This document shows, piece by piece, positions 35,896 through 49,840 of a DNA stretch of 64,000 bases. This stretch comes from Eledone cirrhosa (Eukaryota). Under the pieces are notes generated by a model, which was not told the origin of the DNA, made no database searches, and was given only the letters and a program-made list of their open reading frames with translations. Every line of letters starts with the position of its first letter. Position 1 is the stretch's first letter. The DNA lies in contig OZ024740.1 of assembly GCA_964016885.1 (NCBI GenBank), positions 364,560,001 through 364,624,000 of the forward strand, written 5' to 3'. Both the position numbers and the translations under genes were made by a program.

Positions 35896-38800
35896 GTGTG
35901 ATGTAGTATTTAATATATGATAAGTAATATTACTAGTAGGACGACTTGGTGTGCCTAAAATATGTATCTTTGTTGCACGATTACTTGTACATGAATAACC
36001 ACTAACATCCTGGTTCCCTGAAAATGCTTTTCAAGCTATCACATTTCATGGCTGAGTGCCTAAAATTACTAATCATTGATGCTTCCCCTTTTCCTCCAAG
36101 GTGTTCTTCTTAGCAACCTACACTTTTTCTTGATTTCATGAGGAAGCATTTGTAACATTGCTAAAAGCTACATCCCCCAAAGTTAGGTTTCCTCTTCAGG
36201 ACTAGGAAATACACAACTCTGATCAGTTGCTAACACAGCTGCAACATGTATTAACTCTTTAGCATTTAAACTGGCTCTATCCGGACAGAATTCTCTCACC
36301 TTTTTCTGTTCGAACTGGCTGTAACCAACCACTCATACTGATGTTAAGGTATTGTTTTCAAAATAAATAATATCAACATCTCATAGATTCGATACTATGC
36401 GATAAAATTATGTAAGATAAAGCCTTTATCGTGAAAATACAATAGTAAATATAGAGTAACACAAATGCTAAAGGGTTAACTTTTAATGATTTAACAGAAA
36501 ATATCTAGAAACAGATTTGTTCATTCATAGATTTATAATATCTTTACTAGTTGACAGATCATTGGGAAAATTTGCAGTAAATTAAAATGTAGAGACTAAT
36601 TTTTAAAGTGGTGCAATGATAGTGCTATTTTGACTTTTCAAGAATTATACTGAATTGCTTGATACCACTCCTGGTTGTATAATACTAAGCTGTTTGTATA
36701 CATCTAAAACCCTTCCATCTTCCATAATAATATTATGTCAGAGCCTTTGTTTTGTTATGTTCCAAATACCAGCTTAACAATGAGAGAGAGTTATTAGTTC
36801 TATTACTGAATTCCTTCAAATTCTTGATTATTTTCAAAATGAATTGAACATTTTAGGCAGAGTCTTTCATTAGAAATATGGTAACAAAAGGATTAAAATA
36901 CAGCCCACATATCTGAGATGGTGCTGCTTGTCTTCTGACCTAGCAGACTGTTAACCCTCCATTGTCCCTGTCCTCTCCAAAATATTGTCAATCTATAGAA
37001 TTTCTTCTACAGAAAAAAATTCAACTTAATTATCAACTATATTGCCAGTTTGAAAGAACCTACAAAGATCATATGTCCTACTCTCCTTCATCTGGTCATA
37101 TAATACATTAAATAAACATCATTATCTAGATTAGATACCAGTCTGTCTGTGCATAGCTAGACTGAAGGGTCCTCTCTCCCCCTTATTGTCTCCGTCTGAT
37201 CATCAACCACTTTACAGAGTGTACTGGGTGCAGTTTATTGGGGCTTCATCACTAGAGGGGTTGTCATGTGCATGGCCAGACTGAAGAGTCCCCTCTATCG
37301 TCATTGTCTCCATCTGATCACCAACCAGTTTACAGAGTATACTGGGTGCATTTTATCGTGGCACTAGCACTAGAGAGGTTGTCAGTTCCTCTACTCAACA
37401 TTGTCTCAGTATATTTGAGAACTCTTTTAACCCTTTCATGACTCCATTTCTAATGAAATACTCTCTATTTCAATTAATTGATGAATAATTTTGAGGGATT
37501 TACTAAAATTATTATTTATTTCATAACTAAAATAGTAATTTAATGTAAGGTTCTTATATAAAATTATGTTGGAGGATTTTAATTTCAAAGGGGTGGTTTT
37601 ATTTCATAGAACCAGAGCCAGTTTTTGCCGGATTGGTAATAAAAGGGTTGAATACTTCTTTAAGATCATTTAGTAGTAAGACATTACTCATTGGTCAATG
37701 ATCAACTATAGGCTCTCCTTTTACTCCTCTGAAGATGCTGAATATTTTCCACCTCCACCTAAATATACATCATTCCTACTCACTTCTCTCTCAGTGCACC
37801 AGCCTACAATTTAAAATTTAGTTCATTAAATTATTTTAATTTCTCTCTTTCGTCTATAACCTTTTGACACCAGCCCACACACAACTGCCCCTGATTCTAT
37901 GAAACAAAACCACCCATTTTAAAAGGTTCCTGTATACACTAAGCCTTTCCAACATAATTTAATTCAAGAACCTTTTCTTATGTTACAAATAACACCATAA
38001 TAATGAAACAATACGTTTAGTAAATCCTCCAAATTCTTTATTAATTAATTAAGGGTTAAAAAGGCTATGAGAACTGCTCTTCCACTCCAGAATTATAAAA
38101 CTAAAAAAAGTAATAAAACAATAAAAATAGTTGTAAAACACTGTAAAAATGTTCATAGGGATAAGAGTGATTAAAAGTGCTAAGCTTATTCACCTAAAGT
38201 TATATGTTAATGTTCATAATTAGAATTTATTGTGCTGTTAGGTAACAGCCAGTATTTAAACTACTGCAGACTTCCGAACTAATACGTTATTTCACTAGAA
38301 TTAGGAATTAAGACAAGAATCTAGCTGTAAAACACCTGTTTCAGGTTTGAAAATATATCAGCATTGTGTAGATACAACACAAGCCACAGAGATAAATGGA
38401 TCTTCATTGCTTTTGCTTGGTCAGTTGATATACTGACACCCTTTAGCATTTAAACCAGCCATATCCGGCCAAAATTCTATTACTTTTCTGTTCAAACCGG
38501 CTGATAATATCAAAATCTCATAGATTCAATATTATGTGAGGTAAAGCCTTTACCGCAAAAATACAATAGTATATATGGAGTAATGCAAATGCTAAAGGGT
38601 TAACATGTAAACGAAAAAGTGAAAAAAATATATCATCATCATCATCATTTCATTTTACGTCCGCTTTTTTCCTTGCAAGGGTGGGACGGGAACTGATTTT
38701 GGCTTGATTTCTACAGCTGGATGTCCTTCCTAATATATAAAATGAAATTGATAGCTCATATCTATACAAGTTTAGCTGGCATCCTACAAGGTTTCTCAGG

Positions 38801-40919
38801 AGTTTTAATGACAGGGGCCCCAGTTCTTGTGAAAAGCAGTATGAAGTGAAGTATCTTGGTCAAAAACATGGTACTGCTGCTCAGACCAGGAATCAGTCCC
38901 ACAAACTTATGATTGTGAGTCCAACACCCTAACCATTAAACCATGTGCTTTCACTGTTAGCTTGAAAGTAGCTAAATATTATACAAACACATGTACTCAT
39001 AGAATCAGTGTGAGACTGTGACAAAGCTAAACCTTTAAATTGCAAGTATAATTCATCAAACAGGCTTCCACTCCTAAGGTTTGGGTTGACCCGAGGCTCT
39101 GGAAAAAGATACTTACCCAAGACACCATACATTGGGATTGAACCCAGGATCTTAGAACTATTTGGCCAAGCTGTAATGAATATATAATTGAATACTAAAT
39201 TCAAAAGCTTTCTTTTCTTGCTACTACAACCATATTTCTAATGAAATACACTTGGAATTTTAAATAATTTTGAAAATAATCAAGAATTTGAAGGGCTTTA
39301 ATAATAATATAACTAGCTTTCTCATGATCAAGTTGGTGTTTAGGGCTTAACTTAATGGTTTTTATATAAAATTATGAGACAGTTTTTTAGAAGTAGTTTG
39401 GTATGAAGAGTTAATCCTTCAGCATTTAAACTGGTCAGATCCAGCCAGAATTCTTTCACCTCTTTCTGTTCAAACTGGCCGTAACTGGCCACTCGTACTT
39501 ATGTTGAGGTATTGTTCTCAAAATAAATGATATCAAAATCTCATAGATTCAATATTATGTGAGATAATTATGCGAGGTAAAGACTTTACTGTGAAAATAC
39601 AATAGTAAATATAGGGTAATGTAAATTTTAAAGTGTTAAATGTCTAATTGCTAGAACTGGCTTCTTTTCATTCTGTTTATATCCTGTCTATGTCTATACA
39701 AGGTTAATGGCGCAGCAAAAACTTTGCTATACCAATGTCCTAAGGTCAGGGGTGTTTTGTTGTTTTTTTTTTTAATTAGTTTTACATCATTTTTTTTTAA
39801 ATCCTGGCATGGGCACAAGTCAGAGTTTATCCCAGTTTCAAATGGTATTAAATGACAGAGAATATAAGGCCCTTTCTTGGATGTGACAACAGTCTACTGC
39901 AAATTTAACCCTTGAGCAAGACACTTTACTTCATGTTGCTCTGCTCTACTGGGCTGGAGAAAGAAGATAAAGAAAAGAGTATTAGCAATAGCTAGTGATG
40001 GGCTGGCGTCTCGTCCCAAGAGGAGGACTTATATTCTGAGTTAACGCCACATTAACCTTTTAGCACTTAAACTGGCCATATCCGGCCAGAATTTTCTCAG
40101 CTCTTTCTTTTCAGGCTGGTTGTAACTGGCTGCTCATACTTATGTTAAGGTATTTTTCTCAAAATAAATAACATCAAAATCTCATAGATTTGATATTATG
40201 TGAGATAAAGTCTTTACTGTGAAAATATAATAGTAAATATATAGTAATGTAAATGCTAAAGGGTTAAACTGGAATAAGCTCTGGCCTGTTAAGGCTTTAG
40301 GCTTGAGAAAGCCTTGTATAGAAGTAGTAAATCTGTTGATAATCTCAAATAGAACATCTACCTATCTATTTGATGTCTGGACAAAAGTCATAGGGAACTG
40401 ATGATCAACCAACTTAAACCTTATGTTATTTTCCTCTTTCACCCCCTTTTCTATCTTCAGTGACCAACTGATTCTTTCTCTCTCTCACTCTCTCTCTCAC
40501 TCTCTCTCTCTCTCTCTCACTCCCTCTGTCATGCTGCTGTCTGAATACAAAATCATTTGTAGTTGTGTGTGGATTTGTTGATTCTTGATAATTGCTGTCA
40601 TTCCAGTATGAATCACTTCACCTACCTGTCTCATTCATATATTCATTGTACACAATAGCCAGGCCTCACCTATATCTTATATATATTGTTCTTATGTGTA
40701 TATTATTTGCCTCTCCCTTTCCTATATAACACCGATTAAATACAATTGCCTGTCTCTCATCTATCTATCTATCTACCTACCTATCTATCTACATATCTAT
40801 CTATCTACCTATGTACCTATCTATCTTTCTCTCTCTCTGTCTGTCTGTCATTTATTTATCTATCCACTGCTCCCTCTCTCCCCATCTGCCTATATCTATC
40901 TCTATCATTACATGGTTTA

Positions 40920-41835
40920 CTCTGCTGTTGGTGTGTATGTGTGTATTTTAAGCTCTGTAAATGATGGATATATGTAAGTGTATATGATCTAGCTGAGGTG
41001 TGAACGTGTGTGTGTGTGTGTGTGTATATCAAGCTTTGTAAACAGTGTAAATAAGTGTATGTAGTACAGTAGAGCTGTGTGTGTATATATTAAGCTCTGT
41101 AAACAGTTTAAGTGTATATTGTATAGTTGATGTGTGTGTGTGTTAAGCTCTGCAAACACTGTAAGTGTATTAAGCTGTGTAAACAATGTAAGTGTATATG
41201 GTATAGTTGAAGTGTATATGTGTGTGTGTTGAGCTGTGCACTTGTATGTAAGTGTGTGTATTTAGTTCTGCAAACTATAAGTGTATATATGGCATGGCTG
41301 AGGTGTGTATATATTAACCGCTATAAGCAATGTATGTGAGCGTATATAGTTGAGATATACATGTATGCATATGTGTGAGTGTGTATTAAGCTCTGTAAAC
41401 AGTGTAAGTGTATATGGAATATTTGAGGTGTGTGTTAATCTCTGTAAACAGTGTATATAAGTGTAGATGGTATAGTAGAGGTGTATGTATGTTAAGCTCT
41501 GTAAACACTGTATATAAGTGTATATGCTATAGTTGAGGTGTATGTGTGTAAACAGTGTATATAAGTGTATATGGTATAGTTGAGGTGTATGTGTGTAAAC
41601 AGTGTATATAAGTGTATATGGTATAGTTGAGGTGTATGTGTAAACAGTCTATATAAGTGTATATGGTATAGTTGAGGTGTATGTGTGTAAACAGTGTATA
41701 TAAGTGTATATGGTATAGTTGAGGTGTATGTGTAAACAGTGTATATAAGTGTATATGGTATAGTTGAGGTGTATGTGTGTAAACAGTGTATATGGTATAG
41801 TTGAGGTGTATGTGTGTAAACAGTGTCTATAAGTG
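40920..41835. repeat. 47-bp minisatellite, homogeneous at 41500-41835 and degenerate upstream
   Basis: Unit AACAGTGTATATAAGTGTATATGGTATAGTTGAGGTGTATGTGTGTA. Confidence 0.9.
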
Positions 41836-42272
41836 TATTCTTCTAGCTTTGCTTGTCTACTGACGTTACTACACAAGGTAATCCATTTATTTATTGTGAT
41901 GTCATTTTAGCCTGAATCACTAATATTTTTCTCTAAATCTAATTTATTTGTTTAGAAGCATGTGGATATGCTTCTTTTCCTTCCTAGCCCCAGCTATTAC
42001 TACAACACAACTACTATTACTGCATTCCCTACTGCTCTCAACCACTATTTTTTCTTTCTTTATTGATTAATATATATATATATATATATATATGCAGAGG
42101 TTATATTTAATTTGTTGGGATTCAACAAGCTTAAACATTTTTATAACTGATATAAAGCACTCAACAGATTAGTGGAGTAAAAAGACAACCTCAAACAGTT
42201 GAAATTCGAATTTTAACCGTTGAGGTTGTCTTTTTTCCGGGTATGTCAATATTTATTTATAAAACAAATCTG

Positions 42273-42338
42273 TATTTTATCTGATGAAAGCTCACCATAA
42301 TTTACCTTGGTCGCCCTTGAAATATATATAATAAAATA
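42273..42338 (+). ncRNA. Minimal type I hammerhead ribozyme motif (Penelope-like element type)
   Basis: TATTTTAT-CTGATGA-[AAG ctc ACCA..TGGT cgcc CTT]-GAAA-TATATA-TA-ATAAAATA: 8-bp stem I, intact core, palindromic loop III. Confidence 0.75.
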
Positions 42339-42857
42339 ATTATGGTTTTATAAATATAGTTTCCATTTATTAATATATTGTATATTTATATATATATTGT
42401 TTACTCAGCTGTATAAATGAGATGATAGGACTGGGGTCCCTATCACCCCACTGCAAAGTGGTCTTGGAGGTGCCACGGCAAGAAAGCACCCAACCCACAC
42501 CGTAGAGTGGACGTGTAGGCGCCACGGAAAAAAAAGCACCCAGCACTCACTGTAAATGAGGTTGGTGTTAGGAAGGGCATCCAGCTGTAGAAATCAAGCC
42601 AGAATCAGTTCTCATATGAGCAAGACTAGGTCAGCCGACCGGACACTGCTCACAACAGAACAACCCGTCTAACCCATGCTAGCGTGGAAGAATGGACGTA
42701 AAACCGTGATGATGATGATGATGATGATTGTGTGCAAAGGCGTGTAGTTTAGTGGTTAGGTTGTTTCGTTCACAATCGTACAGTCATGAGTTCGATTCCA
42801 GGCAATGCATCGTGCCATTGAATAGAACACTTTTTTTTCCACGTTGCTCCTCCTCCA

Positions 42858-43145
42858 GGCGGCGAATTGGCAGAATCGTTAGAACGTCGGATAGAATACT
42901 GTATAGTATTCGTTCCGGCTCTCTGAGTTCAAATCCCTCGAGGTCAACTTTACCTTTCGTCCTTTTGAGGTTGATAAAAAAAAAGTACTGGGGTCGATTC
43001 TTCTTCTTTCTGGAAGAAATCTGCTGTACTCAGGCCTGGAGAGGAGATGGGCTCAGCCATGTTTAAAATGCCCAAGAAACGGTGTATGTCAATATGGCGC
43101 CCCTACGACTCTATTAGGAGTTACGGGACTATACCATACCTCCAG
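42858..43145 (+). mobile_element. SINE type 1 alternative-tail variant nested in a type 2 SINE
   Basis: Flanked by repeated CCTCCA; the host SINE reads gttgctcca|gtccactcagctgg when rejoined (cf. 32375). Confidence 0.75.
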
Positions 43146-43218
43146 TCCACTCAGCTGGGGAAAAAATTAGCTGTATCTGTAATTCAGTGTCACACACACA
43201 CACCACACACACCACACA

Positions 43219-43281
<63 letters not shown>

Positions 43282-43744
43282 ATGATGAATTTCCTTGAGA
43301 ACTACATCAAGGGTACACATGCCTGTCGAATGCTCAGGCACTTGCACATTAATTTCACAAGCAGGATGTTCTGTGGGATAAATTAACTCAGTCATCGTAA
43401 CTGGCGGAGGTCCAACCGACAACATATATTGTGTGTGCGCACACACGCATGTATGCTTGTTTTTAGGCTTCTAACTTTTCATTTTAAAGATACTTTAACA
43501 ACTACTACAAAATATATCCAGTATTTTATAGTATTGCTTAAAAAGTGAGCTTTTTTTTAAATTCAATTTCTTTGTCTTTCTGTTTGTCTATCTATCTATC
43601 TAATCTACCTACCTGTTTGTTTGTCTATCTATTTATCATCTAATCTATCTAGCTATCTAATTTATGTCTGACTATATATCTATCTTATCTACCCATTTAT
43701 TTGTCTGTCTGCCTATCTGTCTAATCTAACTATCTATCTAATCT

Positions 43745-43950
43745 CTCTGTCTGTATATCTCTTGATTCTAATGTATCTGTCTATCTGTATATCTCTCTAT
43801 TCTAATGTATCAGTCTGTCTGTCTATCTGTATATCTCTCTATTCTAATGTATCAGTCTGTCTGTCTATCTGTATATCTCTCTATTCTAATGTATCAGTCT
43901 GTCTGTCTATCTGTATATCTCTCTATTCTAATGTATCAGTCTGTCTGTCT
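43745..43950. repeat. 42-bp minisatellite, about 4.5 copies
   Basis: TCTAATGTATCAGTCTGTCTGTCTATCTGTATATCTCTCTAT. Confidence 0.9.
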
Positions 43951-44369
43951 GTTTGTTTGTTTATCAGCTTTTTCAGGCGGAGAGTATGTGGGAAGGAACT
44001 CAATCCATTTGGCTTAAGGGGTGAAGGGATAGAAAAGTTGGATGACTTCCTAAAACATTTATAGATCATTAGTTAAGAAGAATACATACATTGTTATAAT
44101 CAGTTCTCAGTAGAGAGAAAGAGAGAGGTGGTAGTGGTGGTTTGGTATTAATGGGCGTTACTTTTTTTTATTTTATTTTTCCTTCACTCACTTAGTACTT
44201 GGTACAACAAAAACACTGCCACTCTGTAACATAGAGTTTCTCTGGATGGGCCATGTTGTTATGATAAACTATTTGGTTGCTTAAAGTAGGTTACTGGTAA
44301 CAATATCTGATTAAGCTAGCCAGTCAGCTACAGGAAATACCAAACTTACTTCATACTGTTTATTTTGGA

Positions 44370-45185
44370 TGAAACTAAGGAAGATCCATATTGACACCAT
44401 CCAAAATACTGTACGTTGCATTGTGATATACCATATTATCGGATTAAAATCAAGAAAAGTGGGAAGAGTCATAAAGGCTCACATTCAAAAAGCTTTATGC
44501 TCTGTGTGGAATCTAAAAACATATCCAAAGGGGCAGGGGTTTTGGCACAGTGGAGGTGAGATTTGCAGCACAAGAAAAAGCAAGATCTTACTCTCTAAAA
44601 CCCATAAAAAGTAAATAAATCCTTCTCATGCCTTATTACTTCAGCCAGAGTTTGGCATGGATTTGAGTCTAACAGGTGCTGCCAGAAATAGCCATTCCTT
44701 GGCTAATTGCAGTAGAGTCACACTAGATATTGAGGAGAACACAAACATCCTTGAAGTCTACCAGACCAAAAAGAAGAACTGGTCGGGGATGGGAAAAGAA
44801 CTCCTCATCCAAACTAGTAAAAATAATGTTGATGCCATCCCTGAGCAGCCATATCTCCCATCTTATGTGATATATCATAGAGAAGGTGGCTAAGACACCA
44901 GGCATGGGTGGGGCCCTGATCATCATAGATCAATCGAAAGCTTTCGATGGAGTTGACCACTAGTACCTGGCAGCAGTCCTAGGGGTAGCTGGCTTCAGGT
45001 TCATTTTCAGGGGAGCTGTTGAAATGCACAGCGACAATTCTATTACGACCTCTCTTATTATTATATTAAACGTGTTTACATACACATCTATAACACACCA
45101 ATACAAACACTCAGTATTTTGTCCTGTGCTGTCCTTAATGTTCTTCTAATATAAACCCTTTGTGGTTAATAAAGAAATCATTATT
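44370..45185 (+). mobile_element. Diverged, heavily deleted relative of the Tx1-group LINE
   Basis: ORF1-like 44455-44845 (aaggctcacattcaaaaagctttatgctctgtgtgg; catccaaact..gatgccatccctg), RT piece 44855-45035 (LHLM*YIIEKVAKTPGMGGALIIIDQSKAFDGVDH), 3'UTR 45110-45185 ending gtggttaataaagaaatcattatt. Confidence 0.85.
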
Positions 45186-45645
45186 CCAATAAAGAAATAA
45201 ATGTTTCTACTTTTGACACAAGGCCAGCAATTACCCAGTGTATTACTGGTACTTTATTTTATCGACCCCGTAAGAAATAAAAAAAATAATAATAATTGAT
45301 TCTACTTTAAGCACAGGGCCAGGTGAAGGGGGAGGTGAAAGTCAATTAAATCAACCCCAGTGCTTACTGGTACTTTATTTTATCGACCCTGTAAGGATAA
45401 AAGGCAAAGTTAACCATGGCGAGATTTTAACTCAGAACGCAAAGGGCCAGAACCCTATGCTGCAAAGAATGGTGTCTTTAATGATAATAATAATTATTAT
45501 TATTATTATTCCTGTTTTTTTTTATGGGGAGAGGTTTTGCCATAATTACTGGCAAGAGACGATTTATTTATGATTTATCTTGAGGGCATTTTTAAAACTT
45601 TATTTTGTATTTAACTTCCTGGATTTTCCTTATAATCACAAGTTA

Positions 45646-45682
<37 letters not shown>

Positions 45683-47509
45683 TGGGTGTGTGGTTAAGGT
45701 GTTTGCTTTGCAACTACATGTTTCTCTGTCATATCCCATTGCACAGCACTTTGGGTAAGTGTACCCTACTTTAGTGCCTTGGTTGTGAAATTTGCTAGAC
45801 TGAAACTAGAGAATCCCATATATAGAGAGATAGATAAATATGTGTTAGTGTGTGTCTGCTTGTGTCCTGTAACTTAGTGGTTCAACAAAAAACATTGATA
45901 AAACATTGATAAAATAAGTACCAGGCTTTAAATATATAAGTCTTAAGGTTGTTATGATCGATTAAATCAAGGTGGTAACCCAGCATGGCCATAGTCTAAT
46001 GACTGAAACCAGTTATATGGATAAAAAAAAGAAAGAATATAGTCACACATACACACATTCACAACAGTTATCAATCACACACATATCATCAACATCACTG
46101 TTTTACATCTATTTTCCACACTAGCATGGGTTGGCCTTGTTTTCTCATTCATAAGCTAGACAGCTTAGATGACTGCATCTCACTCATATGTTCCATTCTA
46201 GCATGGTTTCTATGGCTTGATGCCCTTCCTAAAACCAACCATTTTAGTGAGTACTGGGTGCCTTTATCATCGTAGACTCACTATTACTTGGTCAAACAAA
46301 GGCTTATAGTAGAAGACACTATATGTCCAAGGTGCCACACTGAATCTGTTCGCAAACAAACATCTCTATCAAACAGCTATGTCTGCACTTATTATATATA
46401 ATACATACTTATATATTTAGGCCTCATCCTTTTTTTGGCATGATTTCTACAACTGGATGCCCTCCCTATGACCAATCGGTTTATAAGTTGTACTGGCACT
46501 AGAGAGTTTTTCTCTATGCCATTCATGCACCCATATCTCAGTTGTATAACATTGTAATTTATATTCATCATACAGTCAACTCTTCACTCTGAGAGAGAAG
46601 CCTTTTGTCAGCAGAGGTACTATTTCTTTAAATGTCTTCCAACCCATTCATATTCTGGATATGACACTTTCAGAACATACATACAACACTATCAAACAGT
46701 TTAAAACTTATTCTATCATTCTGAACCTGAGAATACATGCAATATTATCAAATATTTAAACATTATTCTATCTTTAACATCAGAATACATGAAATAACTT
46801 TTGTCTGTGATTATACCAATTCTTCATTTTTCACTTGTACCACTGCTAGAATATATGGAAACACACACACACACAGATTTGTAAATACATACATAGACAT
46901 ATACACACATAAGCACATATACACATATACAGCTGTAGAATATATGCACACATACAAACACGTATGCATACATACACACAAATGTATAACATTTAAGCAT
47001 CCATACACAGCATGTATACATGCATATGTACATCTACATCTACACACACACACACACATGTACATACATCTTCTCAGCCACACATACATTCACATGTACA
47101 GACAGATATTTACATACACACAGACACTAACACTCATATGTATACATGTACACACAGAGATAGGAACACTCACAAACACACACAGAGATAGGAACACTCA
47201 CAAACACACACACGCACTCATACATACATACATCTATACATCCATACTTACATTCACATATACACACAGATATTTACATACTCTCAACCATTCACTTAGA
47301 CATGCACACATACATACACAATTGAGAGATAGAAAAGAGAGATTATCTAGTTGTTATTTGCTTTGTTTGTGTTGCTTTCACTTGTCTGTTTGCTTCGACC
47401 AAATTCTTGCTGTTTTCTCTTCTCCGTTCTCTCTTCAATGTTAAATCTGTTAGGTCTGCTTCCTTTCAGAACTCTCAGTATACAATTCGATAATGGACAT
47501 TGCCATTCA

Positions 47510-47552
<43 letters not shown>

Positions 47553-47879
47553 CGCGCACGCACACACACACGTATACACACAGAGCTTTAGTAATTATAA
47601 ACCCAGCATATTCCGTCTGTTTTGTCGTTGCTGTGCCATTATAATAACAAAAGCAGAATGGGGGCCCCAACTGCCTGTTATTAACTATATTATTGAGTTG
47701 TGACACCTCTCACCTCATCTATCAATCTGGCAGAGGAAAGCTATTCAGCCCGTCTGTCGATCGATCGCACATCAACTCTGACACTGCTGCTTGCCAGAAT
47801 GCAACTGCGACCAATGCTGTGCAGCAGTGGAAATTCACACTGCAGAAAATAAAATGCTGCTGCATCACTGATGAAGACA

Positions 47880-48530
47880 ATAACAACTACTACTACAACA
47901 ATAACACCGAACATCAGCAGCCATAAGCATAACAACATTAGTTAGCAGCCATAACAACAACAACAACAACAACAGCAATAACGTCAATAGTAACAACAGC
48001 AGTACCTACAATAACAATAACAACAACTACAATAACAATATCAACAGCAACAATCGTAACTAAACAGCATCAGCAACAGCAACATCAATAACTACAATAA
48101 GAATAACAACTGCAACAACAGCAATAATAACAATAACTATATGCTAACAAAGAGTGTAATCTTTAATGTATCATGTGTAGTAGTAGTAGTAGCAGCGGTG
48201 GTGGTAGTAGTGGTGTGGAGCTTTTGTAGTAGTGGTGATGGTGGAGAGCTTATTGTTGTGTAGTGGTGGTGGCAGTGGTAAAGTTTGTAGTAGTAATAAT
48301 ATTGATATGATGATGATGATGATGGTGGTGGTGGAGAGCTTATTCTTGTGCAGTAGTGGTGGTGGATAGTTTGTAGTAGTATTAGTAATGATGACATGAG
48401 GATGTTGATCATGATGATAATGATAATTATAATGGTGGTGGTGGTGTTAAATTTGTAGTAGTAAGAGTAGTGATGACATGATGGTGATGATGATGATAGT
48501 AATAATAATGGTGGAGATGGTGAGGGTGAA
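47880..48530. repeat. Cryptic (CAA/CAG/TAA)n followed by (GGT/TAG/GAT)n low-complexity tracts
   Basis: Direct. Confidence 0.85.
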
Positions 48531-49039
48531 GAGCTTATTGTTGTTGCTTGTCAACCCCTTTATGTCAGCTGAAAGTACAATATTATCAATAAACTGTGTT
48601 CTTCAGATATGACTTAACACTTAGTGTCTGTTAAATTTGATTTCTGCAAAGCTTTCATTCTCTTTGTTACTCTTTTGAAATTAACTCAGAAAAATATAAT
48701 GCTGTTGTTTTTGTGTTGTGTGTTGTGTGTCGATAATCACAACACAACAGTAAATCTCCCATTGTGTGTTTCACTGCCATATTCAATAGAAATGTCATTC
48801 CACTATCACTAATATGGAGAATGCTGTCTTTACAAAAGACTAGAAAAATGCTTTGCCATTAGTTTACTATTGATGAATATATTGATTAAAACAAATAATT
48901 TCCCACTAGAATTATGATATAATTTAGAGAAATTTATTGAAAAGAAACAGTGGGCTATTTCTCCATCGATTTAAGCTGGTTCTATAAATTGCTCCTCAGT
49001 GGCTTAAACTACTGCCACTACTATTTTCTTCTTGGTCCT

Positions 49040-49840
49040 CATGTGGAACCTCTTGCAGGCGTTGCTGTCCCACTCATCTCTTGTGGAACCTCTTGCCGGT
49101 ATCACAGTGTGCCATCTCTTGCAGGTGTCACAGTGTCCCAACCACTGCAGGTGTCACAGTGTCCCAACCAATGCAGGTGTCACAGTGTCCCAACCAATGC
49201 AGGTGTCACAGTGTCCCAACCAATGCAGGTGTCACACTCTCCCACACACCTGTGCCACCTCTTGTAGATGTTACAATGTCCCAACCACTGTAGGTGTCAC
49301 AGCGTCCCACCCACTGTAGGTGTCACAGCGTCCCAACCACTGTAGGTATCACAATGTCCCAACCACTCCAGGTGTCACAGTGTCCCAACCACTGTAGGTG
49401 TCACAGTGTCCCAACCAATGCAGGTGTCACAGTGTCCCAACCAATGCAGGTGTCACAGTGTCCCAACCAATGCAGGTGTCACACTCTCCCACACACCTGT
49501 GCCACCTCTTGTAGATGTTACAATGTCCCATCCACCGTTTGTCCCAACCACTGCAGGTGTCACAGCGTCCCACCCACTACCTGTGTCAACCACTGCAGGT
49601 GTCACAGTGTCACACATACCTCCTGTCCCACCTCTTGCAGGTGTCACAGCGTCCCACCCTATTCCTGTGTCAATCTCTTGCAGGTGTCACAGTGTCCCAT
49701 CCACCACCAGTACCTCCTCTTGCAGATGTCACAACGTTCCACCCCCACCCCACCCATCTCTCTACATGTGCCACCTCTTGCAGGTGTCATAATGTCCCAT
49801 CCACCACCTGTGTCTACAAGTTTCCACCATGTCCCAGCCA
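49040..49840. repeat. 26-27 bp GC-rich minisatellite with a higher-order duplication
   Basis: Unit GCAGGTGTCACAGTGTCCCAACCA(A/C)T; block ~49120-49285 recurs at ~49370-49530 including the unique ctctcccacacacctgtgccacctcttgtagatg segment. Confidence 0.9.

Noticed and set aside
42739-42810. tRNA-like sequence with A and B boxes
   Set aside because: Head of a tRNA-derived SINE; no complete cloverleaf, and it continues into the SINE body
46737-47444. 235-aa His/Thr-rich ORF
   Set aside because: Degenerate (CA/TA)n tract that lacks stops by composition
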